Shown here one piece after another: positions 1 through 13,720 of a stretch of 64,000 nucleotides of DNA. This stretch comes from Mobula hypostoma (lineage: Eukaryota), in NCBI RefSeq assembly GCF_963921235.1, contig NC_086105.1, positions 99,820,001 through 99,884,000 of the forward strand, written 5' to 3'. Positions within the stretch are counted from its first letter, which is position 1. Every line of letters begins with the position of its first letter. Below the pieces are notes generated by a model. The model was not told the DNA's origin. It saw only the letters and a program-made list of their open reading frames with translations, and made no database searches. Both the position numbers and the translations under genes were made by a program.

Positions 1-1564
1 AACAGAACTAATGGTAGTTTTGATGGGGGTGGAGGGCAGAGAGAGAATACATTCTAGCTCCTAATACCTAATATTAAATAACAACTGTCAGAACGATTAA
101 ATAATATGACATCAGATCATAGATCATTTTCATACTGCCAATAAGACACCAAGTGTAATTCCCCTCAACAGTCTGGACTCATCTTGGCTGGAGTTATCGA
201 GCTGTAACCAGGGCAAAATAATACCTCTTGCTATACTCAGCGTTACTCTTCGCTCACCAGTAGTATACAGTACCATTTCATCCTGTAATTCTTTCTGACT
301 ATATTTCATGCTTATTTATGTTGATATAGTTATTTCTTTTTTCCTTCTGAAGATACTCCAGCCATTGTTTCAACAGCTTAGACTTAGAAGAGCTCTTCAG
401 AATAATGGCTGTGGTAAATGCAATGACTATACCAATCAGGCTCAAAACTACACTACCTGATTACATCTTTCTCTGTATACCTTTCTGTGATTTCTTCTTT
501 TCTTTCCTGTATATTTTGAATTGCTTTCATCACTCCTCACTTCCTTGCTACGTCTCCATTAATTAAAAGAATGATAACATTAGCTGCTTTTCCAGTACAA
601 AACTGTTTCCTCACATCCATGTTTATTTCCTAACCTAATTTTTCATCACACCTTTACCATAAGTTTATCAGATGAATCCATGATGCATATTATGCAACTT
701 CTGTGACTTTTTGGGTTCTGGCATTCCGTTTTTCACTTTGGCTTTTATTCTTCAGCATTGGCTCTGGACTGCACATCCTCCCCCAATTTGTAAATATATC
801 ACCATTCCTTCATCATGGCTAATTTAAAATGCAGAAATTTACTGCCTAACAGCATTTTACCATCATAGACTTTCAATCTTAAGAGACCGGTGCAAATCTT
901 ACAAATAAAGCCAAAAAAAAAAGATTCAAATTCCTACCTTTGATTCTGCAATACTGTACTTCAGTCGTACTCAAGAGTATTTTCGCACTTCCAAAATTGT
1001 CACCACCTTCACTACTGTTTTTATCCCCAGAATTCCCACCTAGATTTATTCGGCACTGAATGCTAAAGTACTTGGTATAATACAAAGTTATGTCAGTTCA
1101 TAAACTTCCTGTATTGAAAAGAGAAAGGTGGTTATTAATTGGATGATTTAAATCTTTAAACATCTTACTAACTTTTTTTTAAGATTTAAATTGTTCAACT
1201 AACAACCAGCTTTTCTCCCTTTTCAATACTGGAAGTTATGAACTGACATCCCCAACCCCTTCAAAAAGGAGGGAAAAAATATGATCTTGCTCTTAAATGG
1301 GTGCAAGATCTAAAAAATATAAAACACTAATAATCAGTCTATTACTGATCTTCCAGACTCAAAAACAAACAAGGAAGAAATATGTAAAAATTAACATCCT
1401 TATATGCAGTTATGGGATTAAAAAAATCAATTAACTTGCTGTACGTTACCTACTTCAAGCCACAAACTCTTAATATCTCAAGTTCAAACAGGAACCTAAC
1501 ATCCTATTTCAGGGCAGTAATGATCTTTAAACAATAAATCAAAAGGGAACTGTTAAGAGAAACA

Positions 1565-2515
1565 ACACCAGTTTTGCTTTCTGCTTCCTATTTGAAAGGA
1601 TTGACAACCAGCCTGAAAAAGATGGAAATTTTGTACCAACCAGCTCCTGGCTCAAGCTACAAAGAACGAACTGTCCTCATTGATGACACTCCTCTCAATG
1701 CTGTCAACAAGTTTTTCTACCTGTGGAGCACAATAACATCCTCAGCTTCTCTGGATGTACAGATTGAGTCAAGAACCAGAAAAGCCTGCTTTGCCTTTGG
1801 TCGGCTGAAAGATCGAGTTTGGTCACAGAACATCGGGTTGGCTACCAAGTGCAAGGTATACAGGGCCGTTGTCATATCAATCTTGTTATATGGATGTGAG
1901 ACATGGTGCCCATATCAGAGACACTTACGCCAGCTTGACCAACTGCAGCAGCGTCATCTACATTCTCTGATGAAGATCACCTGGCGAGACAAGGTCTCCA
2001 ATACTGAGGTCCTCTCTCGAGCCAGAATGCCAGCAGCTTCAGCCTTGGTGATGTCAGCCCAACTGCGCTGGGCAGGACACGTTGTCAGAATGCCTGACGT
2101 AAGACTGCCCAAGGACATCTTGTACAGCCAACTGTCCAGTGGTACCTGAAAAAGAGGAGGCCAGCAACTACAGTACAAGGATGTTCTGCACAGGAGCCTC
2201 AAGAAAGCTGACATTGCCCCATCAACATGGGAGGATCTGGCTCAAGATTGCTCACAGTGGAGGGACACCATCAGAAAAGGTGTCGACACTGCTGAGAACA
2301 AGCTCAATAAGGCAACAGAGGAAAGGCACAGGAAGCGCCACAACAGAGCTTCTGCCCCTACTGCCCCTCCAGGCCTCACCTGCCAAGTATGTGGCAAGCA
2401 GTGCCTGTCAAGGATCGGCCTGTACAGCCACTCCAGGACGCACATATCAAACCCCAATAACTGACTGAAAAATCCCATTATCATCCTATGGGATGGATAG
2501 CCAGAGAGAGAGAGA
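1565..2515 (+). mobile_element. RTE-clade LINE, 5'-truncated 3' fragment (RT thumb, C-terminal C2H2 zinc finger, (AG)n tail)
   Basis: ORF 1574-2149 has LLYGCETW...WRDKVSNTEVL...QLRWAGHVVRM...LPKDILYSQL. The same frame continues past one stop to TCQVCGKQCLSRIGLYSHSRTH. The element ends in gagagagagaga at about 2504-2515. Confidence 0.85.
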
Positions 2516-3309
2516 TTTGAAAGTACTTTTAAGCAGATCCTAACAGATGACTACATCCAAGTAACAGCAACAAATTTTTCCACAATATGAGAATATGTTT
2601 GGTACAAATCATATTAACATTTTGACGTTTGCTTTTGAAGTTAAAATTTTTTTTTCTTTCTAAAAGTTCTATCAAATATAAAATTGCGCTCAACAACTTA
2701 AACTGAGCAAAATGTCCTAATTATGTTTCCATAACACTCCAGCTGAGTAATTCTAACCGGCATTTCTGTTGATCTTAATCTAACATCTAGACCGACAGTG
2801 TTTTCCAGAACTCCCGCACGAAGTTGCTTAAAAGTAAAAGAAGCAATACTTTACGTTCTGCAATTTACAAAAGATAACTTCAACAAACTACCAGTTAGTA
2901 AATTCATTTTCTGTATTTTGCCAACACTAGAATTACAAAAATCATAAAAGAAATAGAAATTACAAACTGCCAGAAACATTTGAATGTATCTCATGGCTTG
3001 AGGTACGAGAATGTCACCTCCAAACTCAAGAACTTACTACATTGCTTACTTTCAAAATGTAGAAACGGAACAAATGCTGATCAGCAATGGAACTCAAATT
3101 TAGAGTCAGGGGAAACAAAACTGTCGTTTACTGTCATTATGCCCATGAGCAATGCAAACTTATGCATCAATGCATGGTCAGAAGTAGCAGAATGCTATAC
3201 AAGTTGTGTTGCTGGTGTATTTTCCAAATTGAAATTCAAAGCCTACAGTAACATAATGGGCACACAATTAACTTCATGGTCTTACGGACAAGGTTGTGCA
3301 AGGTTGTTG

Positions 3310-5100
3310 TTGCAACACCACTCAACCAGCTGATCTTTCTCACTCCTGTAAGTTTCCTCATCACCATCTGAAATTCTACCGACATCAGCAAATTTATACA
3401 TTTGTACATTTGCACTGTGCCACAAAGCAATAAGTTTACAGGGAGTAGAGCAGCAGGCTACACCAGCATACCTGAGGTACACCGGTATTGATTGCCATCA
3501 AGGAGATGTTATTTCCGATCCTCACTGACTGTGTCTCTGATGAAGAAGTCAATAATAATCCAGTTTCAGAGGGAGGTACAGAGGCCCAAATTTTGAAGCT
3601 TGTTTATTAGTATTGCAGGGATGATGGTATTGAATGCTGAGCTGTATTCAATATACAGCAGTCTCACCTAGGTACTGCTGTTATCTAGGTGGTCCAAGGC
3701 CAAGTGGAGATCCAGTGAGATTGCATCTGCTCTAAACCTAATGTGACAGTAAGCAAATTGCAATGGGTCCATGTGCATACTTAGGCAGGAGTTAATGCTT
3801 GCCATAATCAACCTTTCAAAGCACTGCATCACAGTAGATGTGAGTGCAACTGAGTGACAGTCATTGAGACAGCCCCTTCTTGGGCACTAGTATGATTGAC
3901 ATCCTTTTGAACCAGATGGGAACCTCCAACAGAGAGTAAAGATGATTTTTAGCCAGTTGGTTAGCATAGGTTTTCAGTACCCTATTAGGTACACCCTCGG
4001 GACCTGATACCTTCAGCGTGTTCATGCTCTTGAAAGATGTTCTGATTTGCCTCGGAGACAGGTATCAGAAGGTCGCCAGGTGCTGCAGGAATTCACACAG
4101 CTGTAGTCTTATTCTCGATTTCCAAGTATGCAGAAAAGGTGCTGAGCTCATCCAGGAGTGAAGCATCACAGTCTAACATGACATTAGGTTTTATCTTTTA
4201 GGAAAGCAATGGCCTACAAATCCTGCAAGAATTGATATGCATTCAATTCTATCTCTAACTTCAATTGTCTTTTTGCTCTTAAAATAGCCTTCAATAGGTT
4301 GCACCAAGACTTCTGGATCACCAGTCCTGAATGCCACAGACCTAGCACCCAGCAGACTGCAAATCTTATGGTTCACCCATGGTTTCAGGTTTGGTTTTGT
4401 CCATTATGTTCTAGGAGGATCACGCTCATTCACACAGGTCTTGAAGAAGTCAGTGACAACTATGGTATAGTCATTTACACTTGAATTTGAATCTCTGAAT
4501 AATATCCAGACCATGGATTCAAAGCATTCTTGCAAGTGATCCCCTGCCTCCCATATAGTTGAGGTGCTACAGTCCTCAGTCTCTACCTGTATTTTGGTAG
4601 TACAGCCAGGCAATCAAACTTGCAAAAATGCAGATGTGGAAAGACATAGTAAGTGTTCTTGATGGTGCTGTAACAGTGGTCAAGTACATTGGCTCCTTTG
4701 GTTCCACAGGCGACACATTGGTGGTAGTTGGTCAGAGACGTCCTCAAGCTGGCCTGGATTGAAATCCCCTGCAATGATTGATAAGACATCAGGGAGAAAT
4801 GTCTCGGGACTGTTGATCACTGTCTTCAGATCCTTCAGCGCCTGCCTGATGTTGGCTGAGGGGGTGGATCATGCTTCCATGAAGCAAAGTACAAAGCAGA
4901 CCAGATGTCCCTCCGATACTGCCAGCTTGCTCTGAGGTCTTCAATTTTATTTTCCAGAGACTACATTAGCCAACAAGATGGTAAGGAGTGAGGGGGGGAC
5001 CCTTAGGGCCTGTGTTTCAATTTCACCTGCAGTGACAACTGCACTTCCTTTTTCTTAATGGAAACTGTGCTCATGACCCGAGTCTGCAGTCTGGACTCTG
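3310..5100 (-). mobile_element. Degenerate Rex1/Babar-type LINE (APE-RT remnant)
   Basis: Minus-strand fragments read YKFADVGRISDGDEETYRSEKDQLVEWCCNNNL, LQECFESMVW and YHQCVACGTKGANVLDHCYSTIKNTY, with many frameshifts. Boundaries are approximate. Confidence 0.75.
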
Positions 5101-6574
5101 CTTAAAGGCATTTTAAAAAATTTATCTGTTTTTCAAGTTAGCAATGTTGCTTTTTGAAGTACCCACAGTTGTGACTGTAGATTTCAGCTGCAGTAGTTCT
5201 AAACAGGAATATTAGATGATTCCTTTCAGAGTTGCTTACGAAGTCTCCAGTTGTTGTTAATGCAACAAGTTAGACTCAATCACAAGCAATATCAAGTATT
5301 GTAAATTCCAGTAAAACCTCCCATTGAGACTTTATACATAAGCAAGCTAGCTGTAAGAGATTTTGTCTTCAAATCTGGCGCTTGTTTGACTTATTTGACT
5401 TCTAGAGGAGTATTCCATGTGTTAAATAAATATTAGCAGTACAAATTAGGTTTTTATACTTTCTCCCTTGCATTTTCACCAACAAAGTTAATCCTATTTA
5501 AAAATTATATTGGAAGAAAATTATGCTGAATTTGCAAAAGTATGAAAAACTGCCAGCTGTGATTGGTCACATTGTCAAAAAAGTCTTCAAGACTTTTACA
5601 GGATGTTGCACTACTGTCAGCAATTTAATCTCACACAATTACATTAATAAAATGCAAAAATCAGATCAGGTTCAGACAGCTGCAGTAAGAATCAAATTTT
5701 CCCTCATGCTTCAGTGGCTGGAAATATACTCAGTGCATAAAGCGGTTTTAAAGAAGACATTATGAATATAAAGTGTTTGAATACCGATTGTAGGTCCTCC
5801 TGAAACTATATTATCTTTATTATCCTGCAGCTCTATTGAATGACAACCACATAAGAGGAAATAAATCTGCATTTTTTTTTAAACCATCACCTTCCACAAT
5901 TACAACATTGAAAAGCTCATTGTCAGAACGGTGTTGCATGAAGCTTGACATTAATCTCCTTAAGCAGGGCAGGAACAAAAGTACATCTTGATTTGCTCAC
6001 CAGCAATAAATTCTAAGCTTATTTACATAACCAGGAACATTTATTCTGAATCGAGTATTAAAAATATTTAGTTCAAATTTTAAATACTGTTTACATGTGA
6101 AAACACAAACATTAATTTTTTAAATAGTTATGCATTATTAACAAGCACAGTGAAAATACCTTGTCAGTTATCAGTAAGACTTGCACATTAATTATTTTGT
6201 ACAGTCAAGGGAATCCTTGTTTTAAGTAGTCAAATATGCGTTCAGTAGTTGTTGATACCCCCCTATCAGACACTGGGATCAACTGTCTGCTGCTCAAATT
6301 TGAAGTTTTAGGATTTGCACAAGCTCCCTACTAATATTAACAAAAAAAAGCAGCTTGGAACAAAGCAATAAGCAATTCAACACTTTCAGCATAAACTCTC
6401 TCCTTTGCCATAGACTCTTCTTCATCCATTCATGTTTTGTTGATCTAGCAGCAGGTATCCAAGATAAACTCAAGACAAATAGTTGAGTTATTCCATTTGA
6501 AAATGGTCTTTAAGCCCAGAAAACACATTCAGGTAGAAGTGTGCTTTGGTGCTGATAATAAACGTAAATGTCAG

Positions 6575-6737
6575 AGACTGACAGGTTCTTGATTGGACAT
6601 GGCATCAAAGGTTACAGGGAGAAAGCCGGAAAATAGGGTTGAGAAGGAGGCGAAAAAAAAGGATCAGCCATGATTGAATGGCAGAGCAGACTCAATGGGC
6701 CAAATGGCCTAATTCTGCTCTTATGTCTTATGGTCTA
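6575..6737 (+). mobile_element. CR1 LINE 3' end fragment
   Basis: gattgaatggcagagcagactcaatgggccaaatggcctaattctgctc followed by a (cttatgt/cttatggt) CR1-type tail. Confidence 0.6.
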
Positions 6738-8599
6738 TAACTGCCGTGAATTAAATTATAATCTGGAAAATTAGTTGCATACAATAAAGAGTAGTGGAGA
6801 ATTCACAATCAATTTACTCTTCTATGGCTAGGGGGTTGCAAAGTTTAACTTAACTACACAAATGATAACAAATTTAATCCATACCAGTAATGCTTCGCAG
6901 AAAAGTCAGCAATTTGGAAATTAGTATCAGAGTGTGAACAGCATCACAGCTAAACCAAGCAACTTACCAACTCTTGCTCAGAAACAGATACTTGGACAAG
7001 ATCTGCAGCTCAAAAGCACCCATATTCACCCTCTGTTAGCTTTTCATAAGAAAAACAATAACAAATACGGCACTTTTAGAAGTTGTATCATCATACAAGA
7101 GTGGTAGCAACTTATAGATTGATATCCAGACTTTGAAGTCAAGCTGTGGCAACTGGTATAGCCATGCTTTGAGATGAGAATCTAGCTGCTTTGAAGTTTT
7201 GCAGGTTTTTATCAATACTGCAAAGCATATTTTTACATACGCTTTCACATTTACAGAATAAACAATCTGCTCCAAGATATACATCTTCAAGTTTCCTAAA
7301 TTGAAAGCAAAGTTTCAGATGGTTTTAACACATGACCAGTCTTGAACTGTAATAATTTTCACAACTCAAAATTAAAAGTTTCACACCAGAGCAAATATTG
7401 CCACGCATCACAAAAAATAGCATTTTCTAACAGTAGTTTAGAAATACCACTATAGTTCACTCAAAGAAATAGAACAAATATCTGGAGAAATGCCACACCA
7501 CATTGAGGCCTGTAAAAAGATTATGGTCACAAAAAATGGAAAAAGGGTGGATTTGAGCTAAACAGTGGAATATTCATGTTTTTAGAGTATTTCACTTACT
7601 GCTGCAATTAAAACATACTGCTGCTATTACATTTGGTAAATTTGAGCATTAATTTTTAAGTTGAAGAGTTTTGGGGGTAAAATTCATATGCTTCCCTTAA
7701 TTTGGAAGTAAAAACTGCTCTCAAATTAAGTAAAATAAACTTCTGAAATAAGTAATCAACCAAGTTATCGTATACCAGAGCATTTTCAAAATATCTCAAA
7801 TTGACTTCTCTGCCTGTCGTTTTATTAATAATAAAGAAATTGTTGCTCCACATCAATAACTGAATGCACGGGGAATTACTTCTAATTTTTGAGGTTATAA
7901 AGCAAAAAGGAACAACGTACAATGAAAACGTCCTGCACATCTTTTACACAGCTATTTCAAAGACCAATGCATTTCAAGTATTAAAATGAATTGCTATAGA
8001 AAAGTGAACCAGGGTTAAAAAAAAATCAGCGTCTATAAGAAGTGTAAATGCAAGCTAGTTCATGTTTAACTGTCATTCAACCATACATGAACACTCATGC
8101 ATACAGCCAAACAAAATAGCGTTCCTTGGGAATCAGGTGCAAATCACAGTACCAACAGTCAATACACAGCACAAGGCACATATGCACATAAGATAGCAAG
8201 TAAACTTAGTCACACAAAAAATATAACCCAAGTCAGTGAGTGACATATCTTATAAATTGATGCTGCATGGGTGTTATCAGCACAACTAAGCAGTTCTCAG
8301 ATGAATGCATGCATGCAAGCACCCAATCCAACATGTCATGCCACTGGGGGGGCAGCACCCAGACCCCAAATGAGCAAGCACCCAGACCCCAGATGAGCAT
8401 GAACACTGCACTACACCACCACCAACATCTCCCCTCCTGGACTGCTGCAACAATCAAGCCCACGGCTTGAGGTCTAATTCTCACTACAACCGTGCTCAAG
8501 CAGCTCCCCCGCCATCTGTCTCATCAATAAACAAGGGAAATGGGCGTACAGCATTTTACATTTATATCCAACAGGGTCTTATAATCGCAAGAGAAACAT

Positions 8600-11500
8600 C
8601 ACTGAGTCTGGCTCTGCAGTGCAGAAGGGAGGGTATAAAAAGAGGAGAGCGGTAGTGATAGGGGACTCGATAGTTAGAGGTACAGATAGGAGGCTTTGTG
8701 GTCGTGTCAGAGAATCCAGGATGGTTTGTTGCCTCCCGGGTGCCAGGGTCAAGGATGTCTCTAATCGATTGCATGACATTCTGAAGTGGGAGGGTGATCA
8801 GCCAGATGTCGTGGTGCACATCGGTACCAATGACATAGCAAGGAAGAGTGAGGAGGTCCTGGAGAGTGAGTATAGAGAGCTTGGTAGGAAGTTGAAAAGC
8901 AGGACCTCGAGGGTGGTAATCTCAGGATTGCTACCTGTGCTACGTGCCAGGGAGGGTAGGAATAGGATGCTCTGGAGGATGAACAAGTGGCTGAGGAACT
9001 GGTGTAGGGGGCAGGGTTTCAGATTTCAGGATAATTGGGACCTCTTCTGGGGCAGGTGAGACCTGCACAAGAGAGATGGGTTACACTTGAACTACAGGGG
9101 GACCAATATCCTTTCAGGGAGGTTTGTTAGTGCTATTGGGGAGGCTTTAAACTAGATTTACAGGGGGATGGGAACCAGAGTGCCAGAGCTGACAGTGTGG
9201 CTGGGGTGAAAATAAATGATGTTAAAAGTTCAAGCAAATCCGCTAATAGAAAGGTTGAGAGAGGTGGCAAAAATCTTCTAAGGTGTATATATTTCAAAGC
9301 TAGGAGTATTGCGGGGAAGGCGGATGAGTTGAAGGCGTGGATTGACACGTGGAATTATGACGTTTTAGCAATTAGCGAAACTTGGCTACAGGAGGGGCAG
9401 GACTGGCAGCTTAATATTCCAGGGTTCCGATATTTCAGATGTGATCGAGGCAGAGGAATGAAAGGTGGGGGAGTAGCGTTGCTTGTTAGGGAAAATATTA
9501 CAGCAGTGCTCGGGCAGGACAGATTAGAGGGCTTGTCTACTGAGTCCTTATGGGTGGAGCTGAGAAACAGGAAAGGTATGGCCACATTAGTGGGATTGTA
9601 TTACAGACCACCCAATAGTCAACGAGAATTGGAAGAGCAAATCTGCAGAGAGATAGCAGGCAACTGCAGGAAACAAAGTTGTGGCGGTAGGGGATTTTAA
9701 TTTTCCATATATTGATTGGGACTCCCATACTGTTAGGGGTTGAGATGGTTTAGAGTTTGTAAAATGTGTTCAGGAAAGTTTTCTAAATCAATAGAGGGAC
9801 CAACTAGAGGGAATGCAATATTGGATCTCCTGTTAGGAAACGAGTTAGGACAAGTGACAGAAGTCTGTGTAGGGGAGCACTTTAGTTCCAGTGATCATAA
9901 CACCATTAGTTTCAACTTGATCATGGACATGGATAGATCTGGTCCTAGGGTTGAGGTTCTTAACTGGAAGAAGGCCAAATTTGAAGAAATGAGGAAGGAT
10001 CTAAAAAGCGTGGATTGGGACAGGTTGTTCTCTGGCAAGGATGTGATCGGTAGGTGGGAAGCCTTCAAAGGAGAAATTTTGAGAGTGCAGAATTTGTATG
10101 TTCCTGTCAGGATTAAAGACAAAGTGAATAGGAATAAGGAACCTTGGTTCTCAAGGGATATTGCAACTCTGATAAAGAAGAAGAGGGAGTTGTATGATAT
10201 GTATAGGAAGCAGGGAGTAAATAAGGTGCTTGAGGAGTATAAGAAGTGTAAGAAAATACTTAAGAAAGAAATCAGGAGGGCTAAAAGAAGACACGAGGTT
10301 GCCTTGGCAGTCAAAGTGAAGGATAATCCAACGAGCTTTTACAGGTATATTAAGAGCAAAAGGATTGTAAGGGATAAAATTGGTCCTCTTGAAGATCAGA
10401 GTGGTCGGCTATGTGCGGAACCAAAGGAAATGGGGGAGATCTTAAATAGGTTTTTTGCGTCTGTATTTACTAAGGAAACTGGCATGAAATCTATGGAATT
10501 AAGGGAAACAAGTAGTGAGATCATGGAAATTGTACAGATCGAAAAGGAGGAGGTCCTTGCCGTCTTGAGGAAAATTAAAGTGGATAAATCCCCGGGACCT
10601 GACAGGGTGTTCCCTCGGACCTTGAAGGAGACTAGTGTTGAAATTGCAGGGGCCCTGGCAGAAATATTTAAAATGTCGCTGTCTACAGGTGAGGTGCCGG
10701 AGGATTGGAGAGTGGCTCATGTTGTTCTGTTGTTTAAAAAAGGATCGAAAAGTAATCTGGGAAATTATAGGCCGGTAAGTTTAACGTTGGTAGTAGGTAA
10801 GTAATTGGAGGGAGTACTAAGAGACAGAATCTACAAGCATTTGGATAGACAGGGACTTATTAGGGAGAGTCAACATGGCTTTGTGTGTGGTAGGTCATGT
10901 TTGACCAATCTATTGGAGTTTTTCGAGGAGGTTACCAGGAAAGTGGATGAAGGGAAGGGAGTGGATATTGTCTACATGGACTTCAGTAAGGCCTTTGACA
11001 AGGTTCCACATGGGAGGTTAGTTAGGAAAATTCAGTCGCTAGGTATACATGGAGACATGGTAAATTGGATTAGACATTGGCTCAATGGAAGAAGCCAAAG
11101 AGTGGTAAGTAGAGAATTGCTTCTCCGAGTGGAGGCCTGTAACTGGTGGTGTGCCACAGGGATCAGTGCTGGGTCCATTGTTATTTGTCATCTATATCAA
11201 TGATCTGGATGATAATGTGGTAAATTGGATCAGCAAATTTGCTGATGATACAAAGATTGGAGGTGTAGTAGACAGTGAGGAAGGTTTTCAGAGCCTGCAG
11301 AGGGACTTGGACCAGCTGGAAAAATGGGCTGAAAAATGGCAGATGGAGCTTAACACAGACAAGTGTGAGGTATTGCACGTTGGAAGGACAAACCAACGTA
11401 GAACATACAGGGTTAATGGTAAGGCACTGAGGAGTGCAGTGGAACAGAGGGATCTGGGAATACAGATACAAAATTCCCTAAAAGTAGCGTCATGGGTAGA

Positions 11501-12154
11501 TAGGGTCGTAAAGAGAGCTTTTGGTACATTGGCCTTTATTAATCAAAGTATTGAGTATAAGAGCTGGAATGTTATGATGAGGTTGTATAAGGCATTGGTG
11601 AGGCCGAATCTGGAGTACTGTGTTCAGTTTTGGTCACCAACTTACAGGAAGGATATAAATAAGGTTGCAAGAGTGCAGAGCAGGTTTACAAGGATGCTGC
11701 CGGGACTTGAGAAACTCAGTTACAGAGAAAGGTTGAATAGGTTAGGACTTTATTCCGTGGACCGTAGAAGAATGAGGGGAGATTTGATAGAGGTATATAA
11801 AATTATGATGGGTATAGATAGAGTGAATGCAAGCAGGTTTTTTCCACTGAGGCAAGGGGAGAAAAAAAACCCAGAGGACATGGGTTAAGGGTGAGGGGGG
11901 AAAAGTTTAAAGGGAACATTAGGGGGGGGCTTCTTCACACAGAGTGGTGGGAGTATGGAATGAGCTGCCAGATGAGGTGGTAAATGCAGGTTCTTTTTTA
12001 ACATTTAAGAATAAATTGGACAGATACATGGATGGGAGGTGTATGGAGGGATATGGTCCGTGTGCAGGTCAGTGGGACTAGGCAGAAAATGGTTCGGTAC
12101 AGCCAAGAAGGGCCAAAAGGCCTGTTTCTGTGCTGTAGTTTCTATGGTTTCTAT
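8600..12154 (+). mobile_element. Young CR1 LINE, 5'-truncated: ORF1 SGNH-esterase half plus full ORF2 (APE + RT), disrupted by stops and frameshifts
   Basis: ORF1 has VVIGDSIVRG...CLPGARVKDV...VHIGTND. ORF2 has LAISETWL, GLYYRPPNS, ILDLLL...SDHN, KSPGPD, NYRPVSLT, YMDFSKAFDKVPH, PQGSVLGPLLF and KFADDTK. The 3' tail is tttctatggtttcta. Candidate TSD ATCACT at 8598-8603 and 12153-12158. Confidence 0.97.
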
Positions 12155-13364
12155 CACTCTGTTAGATGACACACCACCTTCCTGCACCAAGTAGAGTAAC
12201 ACAGTCCACACCAGGCAGCTACTTTTGCTCCTCTTTAATTAAGCCTCATACACACTAATTCAAACTCTGAAATTTAAAGCATTTTACAAGAATCACCTTC
12301 ATTTTAAACAGATGCAAAAATCAAACAGAAAGATTAATGCAATATTGCCCTTTATCTCAAAGGAACTGGCTTTTCAAAAATAAGGAAGTCACTTGATAAT
12401 TGTGAAAAGCAGGCATTTTAACCTGACAGTATATAGAGTCCTGCATTCAATTTTGGATGAAGTAGTTCTGGAGTGATGTACTGGCTTTGTAGATTTACCA
12501 AGCACCAGGATTTAAATAACTGTATCTTTCATCTTAAATTGGTTCGACTTGGTTTGCTTTTACTCCAGTTGAGACATCTGTGAGTGATGTGATCAAACTA
12601 TCAGAGATGCTCGGTCATTAAAGGTGGCTACCTGTTCCTCAGTGGTCCAGGTAATGTTTTCCCTTCCCTCAAGTCAAAGCACTTCTTTTCCTCTTTTTAA
12701 ACACTTGTCACCAATTCTGATAATGCATCTTTACAGAAATGTAAATACTGACTGTTTTCAAGTTGAAAAGGCCACTGTACTGCATTATCAAACAGTTATA
12801 AAAATATGGTCAGAGAAGGCATGAATTTCATGCAAACATACTTTTCATAGTTAACCTCCATGATAATATTTTCACCACACCAATCAAGTTGCAATGCTTT
12901 TCAAATCAAGAAAATAATGCCTGTTACAACTTGATCAATAGCCTGGAATGAGCTATGTTGGGCCCAATCTGAAATCTACTTGTGACCTTAAATCACAATA
13001 TTAAAGAATGGTGACTATTTTTTATTCAGGTAAATGATACTGAATAGATGGACATGACTTAAATCTAGTAAACATCTCTTTTCCAACAGATTGCCACAGT
13101 ATAAGTAAAGCCAAGGTGGTCACTTTACATACAGTCAGATGGATTGCTGCTGTGTCCACACGCATCATTAAGTAGCTGCTTTAAGATATGGCAGGTCAAA
13201 ATTAATTTTCTGCTTATTTCTGTAACCTTAAGCCCTACACGTGTACTTGACTGAGAAGGTTCCGTAGGCCAACCTCTAGAACAGATGACAGCAATCAACT
13301 ACACAAAAAAGAATTAAAGCACATATTAGACAATGAATAATTTTTTTTCTGCAGGATTAGAATC

Positions 13365-13720
13365 ACATCATTATTCATTATGTGCCGTATCGTATGATGT
13401 GGGTCATCATGGTCTTTCCATGACCATGGAGAATGATTTTGGAAACGTTTTTCCAACGAAGAGGTTTGCCATTGCCTTCTTCTGGTTGGTGTCTTTATAA
13501 AACTGGTGACCCCAACCACTGTCAATACTCTCCAGAGATTGTCTGCCTGGCATCTGCAATCCCATAATCAGAGCTTGTAATATGACCATCTACCACCTGC
13601 TCCTATGGTTTCATGTGACCCTGATCTGTAGTGCTATACCTTGCCCAGCGGTGACCTGCAGGCTAGCAGAGGGTAGAAGCGCCTTATACTTCCTTTGGTA
13701 TAGACATATCTCCACCCCAC
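13365..13720 (-). mobile_element. RTE-related SINE or LINE 3' end fragment
   Basis: The minus strand contains AGAAGAAGGCAATGGCAAACC, a motif typical of RTE/BovB-related 3' ends, and a (TGA)-like tail at about 13365-13380. Confidence 0.5.

Noticed and set aside
9895-10314. Antisense ORFs repeated at both CR1 copies (for example MTAKATSCLL... and MYLYSQIPLF...)
   Set aside because: They are shadows of the CR1 ORF2 on the opposite strand and recur only because the two copies are near-identical.
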